From assembly GCF_018977255.1 (NCBI RefSeq), contig NW_024704743.1, positions 44,766,001 to 44,830,000 of the forward strand: a DNA stretch of 64,000 bases. The letters are read 5' to 3'. The DNA is from Callorhinchus milii (lineage: Eukaryota). A model generated the notes under the pieces. It was not told where the DNA came from. It did no database searches and was given only the letters and a program-made list of their open reading frames with translations. Made by a program: the position numbers and the translations under genes. Shown here piece by piece: positions 24,850 to 37,332 of the stretch. The first letter of the stretch is position 1. The number at the start of each line of letters is the position of its first letter.

Positions 24850-25165
24850 GGGTTGTGGAGAGGCATTTTGATCCTGACAAGTAGCAGTTGACAGGTACAA
24901 GGGGAACAATATGCAAAACATTGGAGACATCAATATCAGTACCTGTTTTCCATAGTGTTCAGGGCAAAGAATGGAAGGGAGCCATTCAGAGACCCAATGT
25001 GGATACAATGGGCTGAATGACCTCCTTCTCTGCTGCAAATTTATCTGGTTTTACAGAAACTCATGAATGTTATGCTTATGCACAAGATCCCAACCCTGAT
25101 GTGATCATAGAATTACACAGCACAGAAAGAGGCCATTTGGCCCATCGTGTGTGTGCCAGCATCAT
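24850..25165. mobile_element. Degraded CR1-type 3' ends, tail to tail
   Basis: Plus strand atgggctgaatgacctccttct near 25010; minus-strand tail seen as atcatagaattacacagcacagaaagaggccatttggcccatcg near 25105. Confidence 0.6.
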
Positions 25166-25254
25166 GATCTTGGATCAGAGGCAAGGTTCAGGCATCAGAA
25201 TGATATTCAGGGAGCCCCTGTATGTGGCCAAGCACCTACAACACTGAAACAATG

Positions 25255-25500
25255 AAAGCCTAAGCTGTCATTCCAATGGGGTACTGGGAAAGTGCTGCAT
25301 TACTGCAGGTTCCATCTTTTGTATGAGATCTTAAACTGAGATCCAATCTGCCTGTTCAGGTGGACATTAAAGATACCATGTGTATGGCAAAGTATCAAGG
25401 GTCGGATCTGCTGAGCGATGTGGAGCATTGCATGGCACTATTCAAAAAGAGAAGGAGTTTCTCTCAGTGACCTGGCCAAAAATATTTTTCACCAACAAAA
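25255..25500 (+). mobile_element. Deu-domain SINE fragment with an internal insertion of about 50 nt
   Basis: gtgctgcatt..atgagatcttaaactgag..tctgcctgttcaggtggacattaaagataccatg...catggcactattcaaaaagagaaggagtttctc. Confidence 0.75.
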
Positions 25501-28500
25501 ATACACAATCACTGCACTTTACCTTTATTCTGTGAGACATTCTGCTGATGTGAATATTAAATGCATTAAATGAGTGAGATAGAGTACATGAAAATGCAGA
25601 TTGAATATGTTTTTTGGAATATGGTCTATAGACTGGATAGACTGCAGAGTCTTGATTCATTCCATGTTGGGGGTAAGTTTCTGGTTATGGAAAGGAGGGA
25701 GGTTGGAGGTTGTTGGAGAATTACCTTATCTTCCAGGCTGGAACACTAAGAAGAAAGGGGAAGGTCATACTCTTTGAGGTGACAAACACTAGAGATGGAC
25801 AACTAGACCCATCTGTCTTTATGTAGCCCTCTGTAATGGAAGGATGGTAACTTTAATGAATAGTGGCTATTTTGATGGAAATGAAATATGCCAAATAGGA
25901 CAAAGGGCTTTCTGCATCAGAATCTTTCCTGTGATCCTATGATCTTAACATAGCCTGTGGACCTCACGTCTGAGTTTATTGAAATGGCTGTTGTATACGG
26001 CATGAAGGGTGGAAATATGAGGATGTTCAAAAATTAATGTGGCTGAAGGATTGAAAGAGGAGACAAAACAATGATTCAGCAGATAAGCTGAAGTGGACAT
26101 TCAAAGTGGTTTCAATAGTCCAGCACATGGCAGGGTAAGGAGTGATCACTGGGACCAAAGTATAGACCAAGCCACTTCAATAAACTCAGACTTGAGGTCT
26201 TTAGGATCTGAATGACAACAAACACTTTGAAGAAAAGATTTAATCTGTTCAGAGAACCTGCATGTTGCCCTACAAAATGCACATAGGCAGACCACATTAC
26301 AGTATATACTGTGAAACAGTTTGAGATGCTCGGCACTGTGATAAGGCTCTATATCAAATGGAAGGATTTTTATTATCATTATGAGTGCCAAATATTTTTT
26401 CTATTAATTCCAACAAAATAATTACCACATCATAAATATAATTTCATTGCTTCGTTGTTCAGGTGTGTGGTGTTGTTGAAACAGAATATTTGTTCTGGCC
26501 CTTTCTGGACATGGTCATGCAGATGTTTTCACAAACCTCTAACAGAGCTTCACAGTGTCAACTTTCAAATTGGGTAGTTCAAACATGGACTCAGCATTAA
26601 CCCCCCACCCTCCACTTCCCCAACATCTGCCAAATTCCGAACTGGTATCATATATATTTCATGCACTGGGAGATTCACATGGCTTCATGGCTGTTTGGGA
26701 GACATTGATGTGCACAAATTGACTGCTGTGTTCACCTACAAACACACAGTCACAGTAAAATCCAATGAAGTGCTTTGATATATTTGGACAATGTGATAAG
26801 ACACAGTATCAAATGTAAGGACTATTATATTATTAAAAGTATTATTAAACTTGTGCACTGAAACACTGTTATCAAGAATAGCTTGTTTTTATTCCTTCAT
26901 TGCAAAAGCTTGCAAAAACCTTGACTTAGTAGAAATAACAAGTCTCCTCTTTGATAAAATGAAAGTAATCCATTAGAAGACGAACTGCTTCTAGCTACAC
27001 ACATATTACAAGACATAGATATTAATAGCTGAAAGCAGCAATAGCTGAAATGAGAGAATGTTTGATTTAAAGTAATAGGTTCCCAATGCTGCCCAATGTG
27101 CCAGTTGGTTCCTTAAACAATAACGTGTAAAGCCTTAGAAAAAATAGCATTTGAATAGGAAAATAACTTTGATCTGAACTTCACCCACTAAAGAGGAACA
27201 ATTAAAGAATTTACTCCAATATCAAGGAAATGCTTACATGCCCCAAAAAGGCTTACGGATGGGGCTTTGAATTTTAACAAAATATTTCATTTTCCACCAA
27301 GTTCCATTATTTTCAAATTCTTTCATTGATGGAGAAGTGCATAGAATTTCTAACCAAGTCTCTGTTCACATCAGTGACTTTGGAATATTTTACTCAGAGT
27401 CAGATGCCGCTTCTGTGTCACAGAACACAGATTTAGATACAGAAACTGATTTGCAGTAAATGGAGATGAAATGCTGGTTTTCTGTAAACTGTGAGAACTA
27501 CTACAATTGTAAATTAATGATCCTAGTGCTCCAAGCCATACACATCCTCCAGCTTGTCATTTTATAAACAACAGTTTAGAGCAGTAGCTTGCACAATATC
27601 CCAGATGTGCTGCTGACACAATACACACACACAAAGCTTGGTAAATAGATATGAACATGCTGCATTTATTTTCATGTCAGTATTTTTAGATTGCCAAGAA
27701 TTAATGCTCTTTAACCTCTTGTGCAATCAGATACATTTCTATACACATTGAACAATATTTCTTTTGTTGCTTACAATGCCTTTTTTCTTGGTTTCCCTGA
27801 GGATCAAAATGAATGACAGATTGGTTACTGACATCGAACTTCACTGTTACTTCAGGTAGATCTGCATAATCCTTCTCCATCTCTCTCTGTGTTTTTCTCA
27901 ACTGCTTCCCCTCCCATTGGCCTTAAGTGCCTATGAGTGGGTTGCGATGTTAATGAAAGTTTTGTGGTTATGGCAATACACAATATCCCCTTCTTTGGCA
28001 CTGGTGCTAGTCAGTGCGAGGTAAGTGCATGATGTTTCAGTCTAAAAGATATACTAAGTTAGAACACAAATGGGTATGTTTAATAAGTTCACAACATAAT
28101 ATTTCCAAATGACTTCAACACTGCATAAAGAGCTAAGTGCCGCATTACTTGACTTCCAGACTGACGGTGTGTTGTGATTTGCATTTTGTGGATGCTGAAA
28201 GCTTCATAGATATTTTGTGTCTCCTGATATAAAAGGGTTGACTGAGGTTGGACTAATAATGCTTTTGAAGGAGGGCCTCTCAAGGTTTTCCTCTGGAGTC
28301 TACAGTTGCACAGCACTATGACACAAAATCAAGCTGTTGAATTATTGCATTCCTGAAGGGTATTGTCTGATTCATTGACTTCATTGTAACTTACAGGGAT
28401 TTAATTGTGAACTTCAACTGTGCTATATATACTAGGCAGTAACAAGTGAATAGGAACTGTGCTGCATTCCTGGATTGAAAACCATGATGTTTGGCAGACT

Positions 28501-29382
28501 GATAAATGTTGCATTCTGATGTATAATATTGCTGATAGCTGAAAGTCAGGAGGAATTCACTGCAAAGATGAACTTGGCGTTTTGCTTTAACTGAAAAGGA
28601 AAATATTATCTTGAGAAAGTGGCTGCTGGTACGTTGATTTTGTTTGTTCATAGGCTGTCTATAATTCAAATGAAACAATTGCCTGGCTATTATTTTTTCC
28701 AGTGTGCAGGTTGCTGTCAAATTAAAAACTGCATTTTATTCAAAGAAGCACTCGATTTTAATAGTTTGTTTGCATGGGAGTCATTCTGTATGACAGATAA
28801 AGTGCAGAGTTTTCTCAATATTCACTTACAACAAAATGTTTTGGAGTTTGGTGTGTTCGTATATGAATCATTGTTACATATTTATTTACTAAAGACACCC
28901 ATACCAATGTATCAGGAAGAGGCTGCACTGCATACAACTTATACATATCTATCAATATTCAAATAAGTAAACTAATGCTTAGAATTAATTATGTTTTGGG
29001 AAGTTTGTCTATTTGTATATTAAGGGTAACTTGTTTTTAATTGTAACTTAAAAATCACTTATTACTTCAATTGTATGTCAACAGGGAGATTCAAAGCTCT
29101 GCACATAGAAACAAAAAACAATGAAAATCTTTACAAAACCTTATCACATTGTTGAATGGATCAAAATGCTTTATTTATTGTAAAATGCAGGTGAGCAGTA
29201 ATGGTAATAAAGGAAACAAATGACCTTGAGATCATACTAGTAACATAGTCTATGGAAAGAGCAAAATACTTTTTTCATAAAATATTACCCATTTATTAAA
29301 TTATCATAACTGCACTACAAGATATTTAGATCACATATATACTATAGTGATTAAGGTTTTTTATTTTTGAAATGCATTCACG

Positions 29383-29825
29383 TATCAATCTGGCTCAGTT
29401 GGTAGCACTCTTGCCTTTGCGCTAAAGGATTTGGTTCAGCCCCACACTGGGTCTTTGAACTCACAATTTAAACTGATGCTCTATACATGTTGAGAAGCCC
29501 TGCATGGTCTGAGATGCCATCTTTCCAATGAGATTTTAAACTGAGGTCCCATCTGCCTGTTCAGGTGGGCAAAAAGCATTCGGGATGCTACTCTACATGA
29601 GGGGCGCTATATAAAGTTGTTGTTAAAAATGCTCTAGCACTAATTGAAAAGAGAGAGAGTTTCTCACAGTATACTGGCCAACAATCCCCCAGTTAAAATT
29701 GATCATTGACTCAATGGCTGTTTGTGGGACACTGTTATGTGCAAATTGGCCGCTGTGTTTGCCTAGAAATAGTCATTACGTTTACAGTAAAGTCCTGTTT
29801 TTGAGACGTCTTGGCGATGTGATAA
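29383..29825 (+). mobile_element. Deu-domain SINE interrupted by a short L2 tail (about 29572-29623)
   Basis: tRNA-like head tggctcagttggtagcactcttgcct; Deu-type core gatgccatcttt..ttaaactgaggtcccatctgcctgttcaggtgg. Inserted gggatgctactctacatgaggggcgctatataaagttgttgtt is flanked by AAAAA. Confidence 0.8.
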
Positions 29826-30865
29826 ATACAATAATTATTATTATAATATTATATGTTATCATACAATTATTATAATAATCATTCGCCCACAAAATACAGT
29901 CAATTCACTTAACAGTATATCCTGTGAAATGCTTTGAGACATCTTGCCAATTTGAAAAGGCGTAATATCAAAATGCAAAGATTATTGTTAATGCCATTGG
30001 TTTAAAAGTATAGGACATGCTCGTAACTGGATGGACATTCATAGATGAATATTGTTAGAGTTGAAGAAAATATTGAAGATGTGAGATGCCATTGTCGTTG
30101 TAGTCATGTCGTTTTATATACCATAGGTGGCCAAGGTTTTCAATTCTATACCTGCCTGCTAACCTCTTGAACTCCTACCCTTGTCACCTCCGTCTCACCC
30201 CCACCCCCATCCATTTTCAAGTTCCATCTTGAAACCTACCTCTTTGACTGTGCCCCTATGGTCCTCTCTCCATCTCCTTTCCCCTACACCCCCACTCAGC
30301 ATCCACACTATGATTGCAACTGATACTGTTATTATTATAATAAACATCCTTATATTTGATATAGCGCCTTTCCAATGAGGAGGACGTCTCAAAGCATTTC
30401 ACAGATTTTCCTGTAAAGTGTCGAGGCTGTGTATTTTGTAGGCGAATGAATCTTGACTGAAAAAACCTTATTATTAGAGCTTATCTGCAAATTACTGCCA
30501 TTTGAAGTGTGAGATGGAAGCCGACTAATATTTCAAACAGAAGTGTTTTCATACAGAGACAGAGCCCACTTGATGAGAAATTACTGTAGTAATGATGCTA
30601 TTAAGCTAGGTTAACCAGAAATTTGTCTTCCTTTCCCACATACACACACACACAATGCTTTCACCAACACACAATGCTGTTTCCACAAAAGAATTTGTCT
30701 AACACACTAAAGGCTGTTCAATAAAGCCAATTGAAGGCCTCACTACCTCCCCTGCACGAACAATGCTCTTTCCATTGCAAGTGTTGGAAATTTTCTTTTG
30801 TATTTTATTGAGCTGCTTGCTACTTGCAAAGCATCCTGACCTTGCTGTGATAAGTAGCTGCTAGA

Positions 30866-30970
30866 AATCAGAAATCAAAGCAGAACATACTGGAAATACA
30901 CAGCAGGTCAATTGGTATCTGGAGAGGAAGATAATTTAGTAATCTGAGTACAAGCCTGCATCAGAACTCA
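30866..30970. mobile_element. Degraded half of the Penelope-type repeat
   Basis: aaagcagaacatactggaaatacacagcaggtca..atctggagagg..catcagaact resembles the left arm at 31486-31590. Confidence 0.55.
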
Positions 30971-31485
30971 ATTTTTGCTTTTATTGGAGGTGTGATTTTC
31001 GTCAGGAAGCAGCAATCATACCTATGATTGTTTTATTACTCTCTCCACACAATTGCTGGAGTTTCTCCTTTTTCAATACAGTTTCTGCAATGAAATGAGT
31101 TCCTATGCTGGAATGTATTCTTCCCATGCAAAATTAAAATACCCCAAGAGAGAATCCTTGCGCTGTTTGTCCCTCAATTCATTGCAGATGTGTTTAGAAA
31201 AGAAAGGCAGATACTGCTGGAGAAAACAGGGTTTGCCACTTTGAAGTCTGAGGATAGCTACAATGCACAGGATTGCCAACATGAAATGTTACTCAATAGA
31301 ATGGCCTTGTACTTCTGATTTGAAATATATTTAATATGTTAATATACAAATCAAACAGTATAGTGTTTTCAATAAAGTACTTGCTCATGGAAATTCATCT
31401 CATTCCAAAGTCTCTTGTCTGATCAAGGTTACGGATTCAATTCCTGTCAAGTTAAGTTTTTCGTTTGCTAACAATATAAATTGTT

Positions 31486-31731
31486 TCTGAAACAAAAACA
31501 GAAGTCGCTGGGAACATTCAGCAGGTCAGGCAGCATCTACGGAGAAAGGAAATTAGTCAACATTTCGGATCCATGACCCTTCTTCAGAACTCTGGAACTC
31601 TGAAGAAGGTTCGTGGACTCGAAACGTTGACTACTTTCCGTTCTCCATAGATGCTGCCTGACCTGCTGAATGTTCCCAGCGACTTCTGTTTTTGTTTCAG
31701 ATTTCCAGCATCTGCAGTATTTTGCGTTTTG
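31486..31731. mobile_element. Penelope-like inverted (palindromic) terminal repeat with hammerhead-core motifs
   Basis: Arms 31486-31588 and 31599-31701 are reverse complements; the outer 54 bp or so are perfect. Each arm carries CTGAAGA-short stem-GAAA. Confidence 0.75.
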
Positions 31732-32499
31732 TCTAAATTGTTTCTGATCTCATTTAACGTGCACATGAGAGCAATATTTATGCTGAAACAAATAGCTAAG
31801 TATTATATTTCCAGGCATGTGCAACAAATCCAAAATTGTGACAACTTGAGCCAAAATATATTTGAAAAACAACATTGTATTCCAGCATGAAACTTCTGGA
31901 TTTGGAATAGGCTGTAACTTTATTTCCCAATCATAAAACAAAGTGCCAGTGAGATCAGCTTGGGCCATGTCACTCAGTTTCTAAAAGGTGGTACAAAACT
32001 GGTACAGTACAGCAATTCAGCTGGATATCTCATTGAGAAATTGAAATATGACACTGATGCACTGGTGGGTGAGGTTGAGGTTAAGTGCATTGTATATGAC
32101 CTGCGAATTTAGACGGCTTATATCATTGCCCAGTACTGACTTTCCTTTCTTTTCTGAACAAAACGGAAGTGAATCCAGCTCCTCTGAGAGAAAAGTAATA
32201 ACTCAAAATGGATTGGTGCTGTGCACGCGCAAAGATGATTGTCCAGAATCTGCCCTTGGTTTCAGTTTGTGGATGTGCATCATCATTTCTCAGTGACAAG
32301 CACTGTCTCTATAACTGCCAGCTGGAAGGAGTTGACTAACATCCTGTGGCTGCTTTTTAAAAAAAAATTTTGTATTTCCCTGACTTTTCTGGTGATTGAG
32401 TAGGTGAGGAGAAAATAAATTGGTCCAATATACCTGGTGCTCTGTTTCCCAAATAAAGGAAACTAAAGATGTTCTCACAGCATTGATTCCGATGAAAAA

Positions 32500-32800
32500 G
32501 GTGCTTTGGTTTATCTGTTCTCAACACTCCAGAATACCCACCCTTCCATCCTCCAGTCACAGCATCCAACTTTTTTTTAATGAATCCAGTGTCCTGATCT
32601 TAACCTGTTCCAGTCATCAATTACCCTCCATGCAAAGAAAACATTCTGGGTTCTGTCCAGAAATTGGCCTTTGCAACTCTTAATCTAGGACCTCTTGTTC
32701 TACTGTCTTGGTGCATCCTGACTTACTGTTCTGGATTTACATTTTCAGTTCCATTTAAAATATTATACACCTCTATATATCTTATCTCAAGACTGAAGAT
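32500..32800 (-). mobile_element. Old CR1 3' fragment
   Basis: catccaacttttttttaatgaatcc, catcaattaccctccatgcaaagaaa, ggacctcttgttct and aaaatattatacacctctat are degraded antisense CR1 3' blocks. Confidence 0.55.
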
Positions 32801-33689
32801 TCATACTCCATATCAGCCTCCCTTCCACTCCAACAATGTCCTCTCCCTCGCCTCCCTCCATACTGTGCTATTTCCTTCTCCTTCATGAATGCTCTGATTT
32901 TCCTTATAAATGGAACATCTTTCAGTAGGTAAGTGGTTATCTTCTTTCCAGCTCCTTGCACTGTCAGTTCTTGGCAAACAAAGGCTCATAACTAGCAAAG
33001 TGAAGTTATCGACAGTGATAATTGTGACATTGAATCTTACATTTTTCACCTCATGTTCTTGTTCCACTTGTTTTTTAAATTACCAACCAACATTCTCCTC
33101 ATACATAAAAATTATACATTTTATTGAAATGTAGGCACATAGTAGGTTTTGTGAAACACCCTTATACTGCTGAGTGAGGCAGAATGTTGCATGAAGTTGA
33201 GCAAATGATTTGTGATACAACTTAGCAAAAGGAAAGGAATTTTTTGTCACGCTACAGCACAGTTTTTGCATTTTTATTCACACGAATATTTCTGAATCTG
33301 TTATCAGAGAAAAAAAGGTTGCTTCTTATTCAATTTGGTACTTATTGAGCTGGCAGTGCTGTGAGAGTGGAGCTGTTGTGATATTATAACACTGGCGTGG
33401 ACTAGTTAGACCAAATGGCCAGTTACAGTGCTGTGGGACATCCTCCCGTTGTGAAAGAAGCTATACAAATGTAATTTGTTGTTGTTGTAGTATATGTAAC
33501 AATCTACGGTAACTTTGAGACTTGATTCCTAGACATTATTCTCAGACTGTGCAATACATTGATCAGGCCACATATAGAATTGGTGCCTTCGTTTCCAGTC
33601 ACTGTGTCTTAAGACAGCCACCTAGGCCCTAAAGGAAGTGCAAAGGAGAGCAACTAATGTTCATTCCCGATATTCGAGGGATGAATTAT

Positions 33690-34100
33690 GAAAATTGACT
33701 ATTAATTCTCATAATTCCAAACACTTCCAACCAAAATTGTAGTTGAAACAGAATCCATAATAGCATTTAATTAGAAAAAAAATTGAAAAAGAAAAGAGAA
33801 ATGGCAGATGAGTGGAACTAAATAAATAAGAGTTGCATAAAGATGGCACAGGCACAGTGGGGCAAATGCCCTTCTGAGCTAAAATATTGTATGGTTCTAT
33901 GGCCTAATAATATTATAGCCTTTTGGACATAAGAAGAGATATTTCAGAAGACACCTTACTGAGATATATAAATTACTAAAGGGATTACAAAAGTAAACTT
34001 AGATCAATACTTACAGACACACCAAGCCAATTGGACAAGAGAGCACACAATCAGGGGTAAGAAGGACAATTTTAGGTTAGACACTAGAAAGTATCTTTAT
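33690..34100 (+). mobile_element. Old CR1 3' fragments
   Basis: gaaacagaatccataatagcatttaa..ggcacaggcacagtggggcaaatgcccttctgagct..tatggttctatg, followed by a second degraded ORF2 C-terminal piece. Confidence 0.6.
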
Positions 34101-34504
34101 CCAACTAGTGACAATCCTCCTTTTCTGCTATTAATAATCTGTTAATCAGTTAACCTGTTTCAGATATTAATTACTCTGCATGTGGTATTTCCTGGTGTCC
34201 AAGTTAAATGATCTTCCTGGAAATTGCCATCCACCTAGTGAGGGTTCAAACCCACACTTGTTGGATGCCAAACGACCAACTAACGACTATCCTTCTTGGG
34301 GAGACATGGCGTGGTCTCCTTGGAGCTGAACTGGCTCCAAGGTGATGTGTTTGGCAATGGAATGTCAGAATCGACGCCAGCCCTCTGTGGCAGTCTTGGT
34401 AGTCCAGTTGGTGTGCCAGGTAGGTCCACAGTACTCCAGGGTGCTGCTGACGACAGCCCAGCCAGCCTAGTTCATCAGCAGGACTTGGAAATGCAGTCTA
34501 GTCT

Positions 34505-34988
34505 TGATTTCAAGATCCTCATCCTCACCTTCAAGGCCATTCACGGCCTTGCTCCCTCCTACCTCTCCAACCTACTATCCCCCTACCTACCTGCCCGTAC
34601 CCTCCGTTCCTCTGGCTCCGGTCTGCTCCACGTCCCCGCCCCAACCGCCCTACTATCGGTTGTCGGGCCTTCAGCCTCTCAGCCCCAGGCTCTGGAACTC
34701 CATCCCCAGTGCCTTCGCCTTGCTTCCTCCCTTTCCTCCTTCAAGGCCGGTCTCAAAACCTTTCTCTTGACCGTGCCTTCAGCTCCCCTCTCGACTCTCT
34801 TCCTCCTCCTCGCTCCCTCCCTTCCCTCCCCTCACCCTGACCATTTCCCCCTCCTCTCTCCTCCCTTCCCTCCCCCTGACCATTTCCCCCCTGCTCGGGT
34901 CATGACCCAACTGTGCAGCGCCTTGGGACGTCCTCCTGACGTGAAAGGCGCTCTATAAATGGAATCTTGTTGTTGTTGTTGTTGTTGT
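34505..34988 (+). mobile_element. L2 3' portion, young subfamily
   Basis: DFKILILTFKAIHGLAPSYLSNLL; close match to 11385-11822; (GTT)n tail. Confidence 0.95.
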
Positions 34989-35011
34989 AAGGGCAGGGAT
35001 TCTTCACACTC

Positions 35012-35682
35012 AACAACAACAATTTGCATTTATATTGCACCGCTCATGCAGGGTAGCATCCCAGTGTGATTGACAGTGATTGAGCATGATGTCGAGCTGG
35101 GGGCAGGTGACTGTAGGCACAGTCAAAGAGGAAGCTCTTCAGGTGTGATCTGAAGATGGGGAAAGAAGGCGAATGATGGAAGGGTAGAGCAAGAGTTTTC
35201 CAGAATTTCGGGGCATAGTGGCTGAAAGTGCAGCCACCGATGGTGGAACAGAGGGCACGAGGAATAAGCAGCAGGCCAGAGCCAGTCGAAGGTAGGTGAC
35301 AGGTAGTGGATTGTGAAGTAAACAGGTCAGAGAGGTAGGGAGGTACTAGGACATTAAGGAAATTGAAGATGAGTGTGAGGATCTTGAAATTGATCCGATT
35401 GGTGATAGGGAGCCATTGGAGCCCAGCTAGAACTGGTGTGATGGGGGTATGGAGTTTAATGCGGGTGGCTGTGTTTTGGATTAGTTGGATTTTGTGGATA
35501 ATATAGTGGATCAGGAGAAACCTGCGAGGAGGACATTTGAATAGTCGAGGTGGGAAGTGACGAACACATGACGAGTATTTTGGCTGCCTCTGAGGTAAGT
35601 TACAGTCGGAGGCGGGCAATGTATTGGAGGTGGAGGAAGGCAGTCCTGATAAGACAGGGTCCTTATCCCAGACACAGCCGAT
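35012..35682 (-). mobile_element. L2 3' portion with a 7-bp target-site duplication
   Basis: ORF 35044-35751 contains IQLIQNTA..LQWLPITNRINFKILTL. (CAA)n at 35011. ACACTCA occurs at 35006-35012 and 35683-35689. Confidence 0.9.
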
Positions 35683-36814
35683 ACACTCAGCTCCTGTTAA
35701 CCCCACAAACCAAAGCCCTGCCAGGTATTGTGGACCTAGCTCAATAAGCAATGGGAAAGCTTGTCAGACAGTGCTCTCAGTGGCATTAGGTAAGTGAGAT
35801 GTGTTTCTCCAAGGGTAGAGTGCGCATTCAATTTCAGGCACTGGGAATGGTGGCATGTGTAAATGTAACTCTCGGTTTGGTTTGGATACTCTTAAGTATG
35901 CTGATGGGTTTCTGAATGTGCCAGATACCTGTCTGACCAAAGAAAAAACCTCCCTCATGATTTTGTGCTGTGGGTTTATAATGAATCTTTCCATTCTAAG
36001 TGCTTTATACTGTATGTTCATTGCATCATAAAGTTGTTACACACAGAGAAGCAAGAGCAATTTCAAACTCTACAAGCTTGAATTTCAAACAGTTTGTTGA
36101 GTCAATTATCATTATGAAAATACAATCAGTTGCAGGCATTATATTTATTCTGACATATTTGGAAACCCGACAGACAACACTTAAAACTTATGGAATGGGA
36201 GTTAACATACAGGTTTGCAGGTCTAAGACTCAAATTGCAGTGTGGAGTCATAACCAAATGACACGGCTGCCAGATCCACTTCGTATTGATGCTGCCAATA
36301 GCAATGAAAGGGCGCTGAAGCATCTCGAGGCAAGGAGTACCAGCTTGAGAGGAATTTGTTTCCAGAGGCAGCAAGGTGTTGGGCGCATCCATAGTCTTGC
36401 ACCATCCTATCACCTCCCTAACACGTTTAAAGGCATGTTTAAAAATGGAATTGTAGATGCTGTCAGTTAAATAATTAATATCTAATGAAAAGCATTGCAG
36501 AATTTGCCCTGATCTTTTCTATTTGTTAAATATATAATTAGGAGTGCCTGTTACTCTCTCTTTACACATGTATTTACAGCTCACAAATCAAATGCCTATG
36601 TGTGGACTCTTTGGGCGGCTGCATGCATGGGTATTTTCTATGGAGAACTTATCTCAGGAATAGAATTTTGCTTTGCTGTTATTTGCTAATTCGTTGACTT
36701 GCCCACACCATAAATTTAGGAGTCAGCCCCCAAAATCTGTTGTCACAGTTATCACTAGTTAATATTTAACTAGTTAATATTTAACTGGTTAATATTAATA
36801 TTTATACATTATAT

Positions 36815-37015
36815 TTAAACAAAAAACAATAATAAATTGGTCATTTTCAATCTACGACTGTTTGTGGGACATTGCTGTGCGCAATTGGCTGCCGTGTTCG
36901 CCCACAAATATACAGTCAATTCACTTTACAGTATATTCTGTGAAGCGCTTTGGGACTCTAGAAGACGTGAAAAGCGCTATATCAAATGCAAGGATTATTA
37001 TTATTATTATTATTT
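36815..37015 (+). mobile_element. 5'-truncated young SINE
   Basis: gactgtttgtgggacattgctgtgcgcaattggctgcc..gtgaagcgctttggga..gacgtgaaaagcgctatatcaaatgcaagg(att)n. Confidence 0.92.
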
Positions 37016-37332
37016 TGTTTATAGATTACATTGGCTCACTGCACTTTCCCTGAAGACAGGAACACACGGTTTGTGTGCTAACACACATTACTGTATGAAT
37101 AAAATGAAAATGCTGCTCTGGTTTGCACACAGCAAAGAGCAGACATTCAGTACCAACAGTATCCACATAAGCAAAAACAAGGCTTGGAGCCAAACTAGAT
37201 TTGACTGTTTGAAGTTCGGTAGCCCAATCAATATTTTAGCAACGGGGGTGCTAGGATACTATGTAATTCTGCTTAAGGTTGGAACTGGAATCAATGTGAC
37301 CCTGGTATCAGCGTAACTGCCAACTGTGTGTA

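Larger units (their letters stand above)
34338..35945 (+). repeat. Unclassified interspersed repeat, copy 3, split by two L2 insertions (own segments about 34338-34503, 34990-35012, 35683-35945)
   Basis: aaggtga..ggcaat.gaatgtc.gaatcga.gccagccctctgt and catcagcaggac align with 7310-7460; cactcagctcctgttaaccc..ccaaagccct aligns with 7495-7530; the terminal block ends ctgaccaaagaaaa. Confidence 0.82.
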
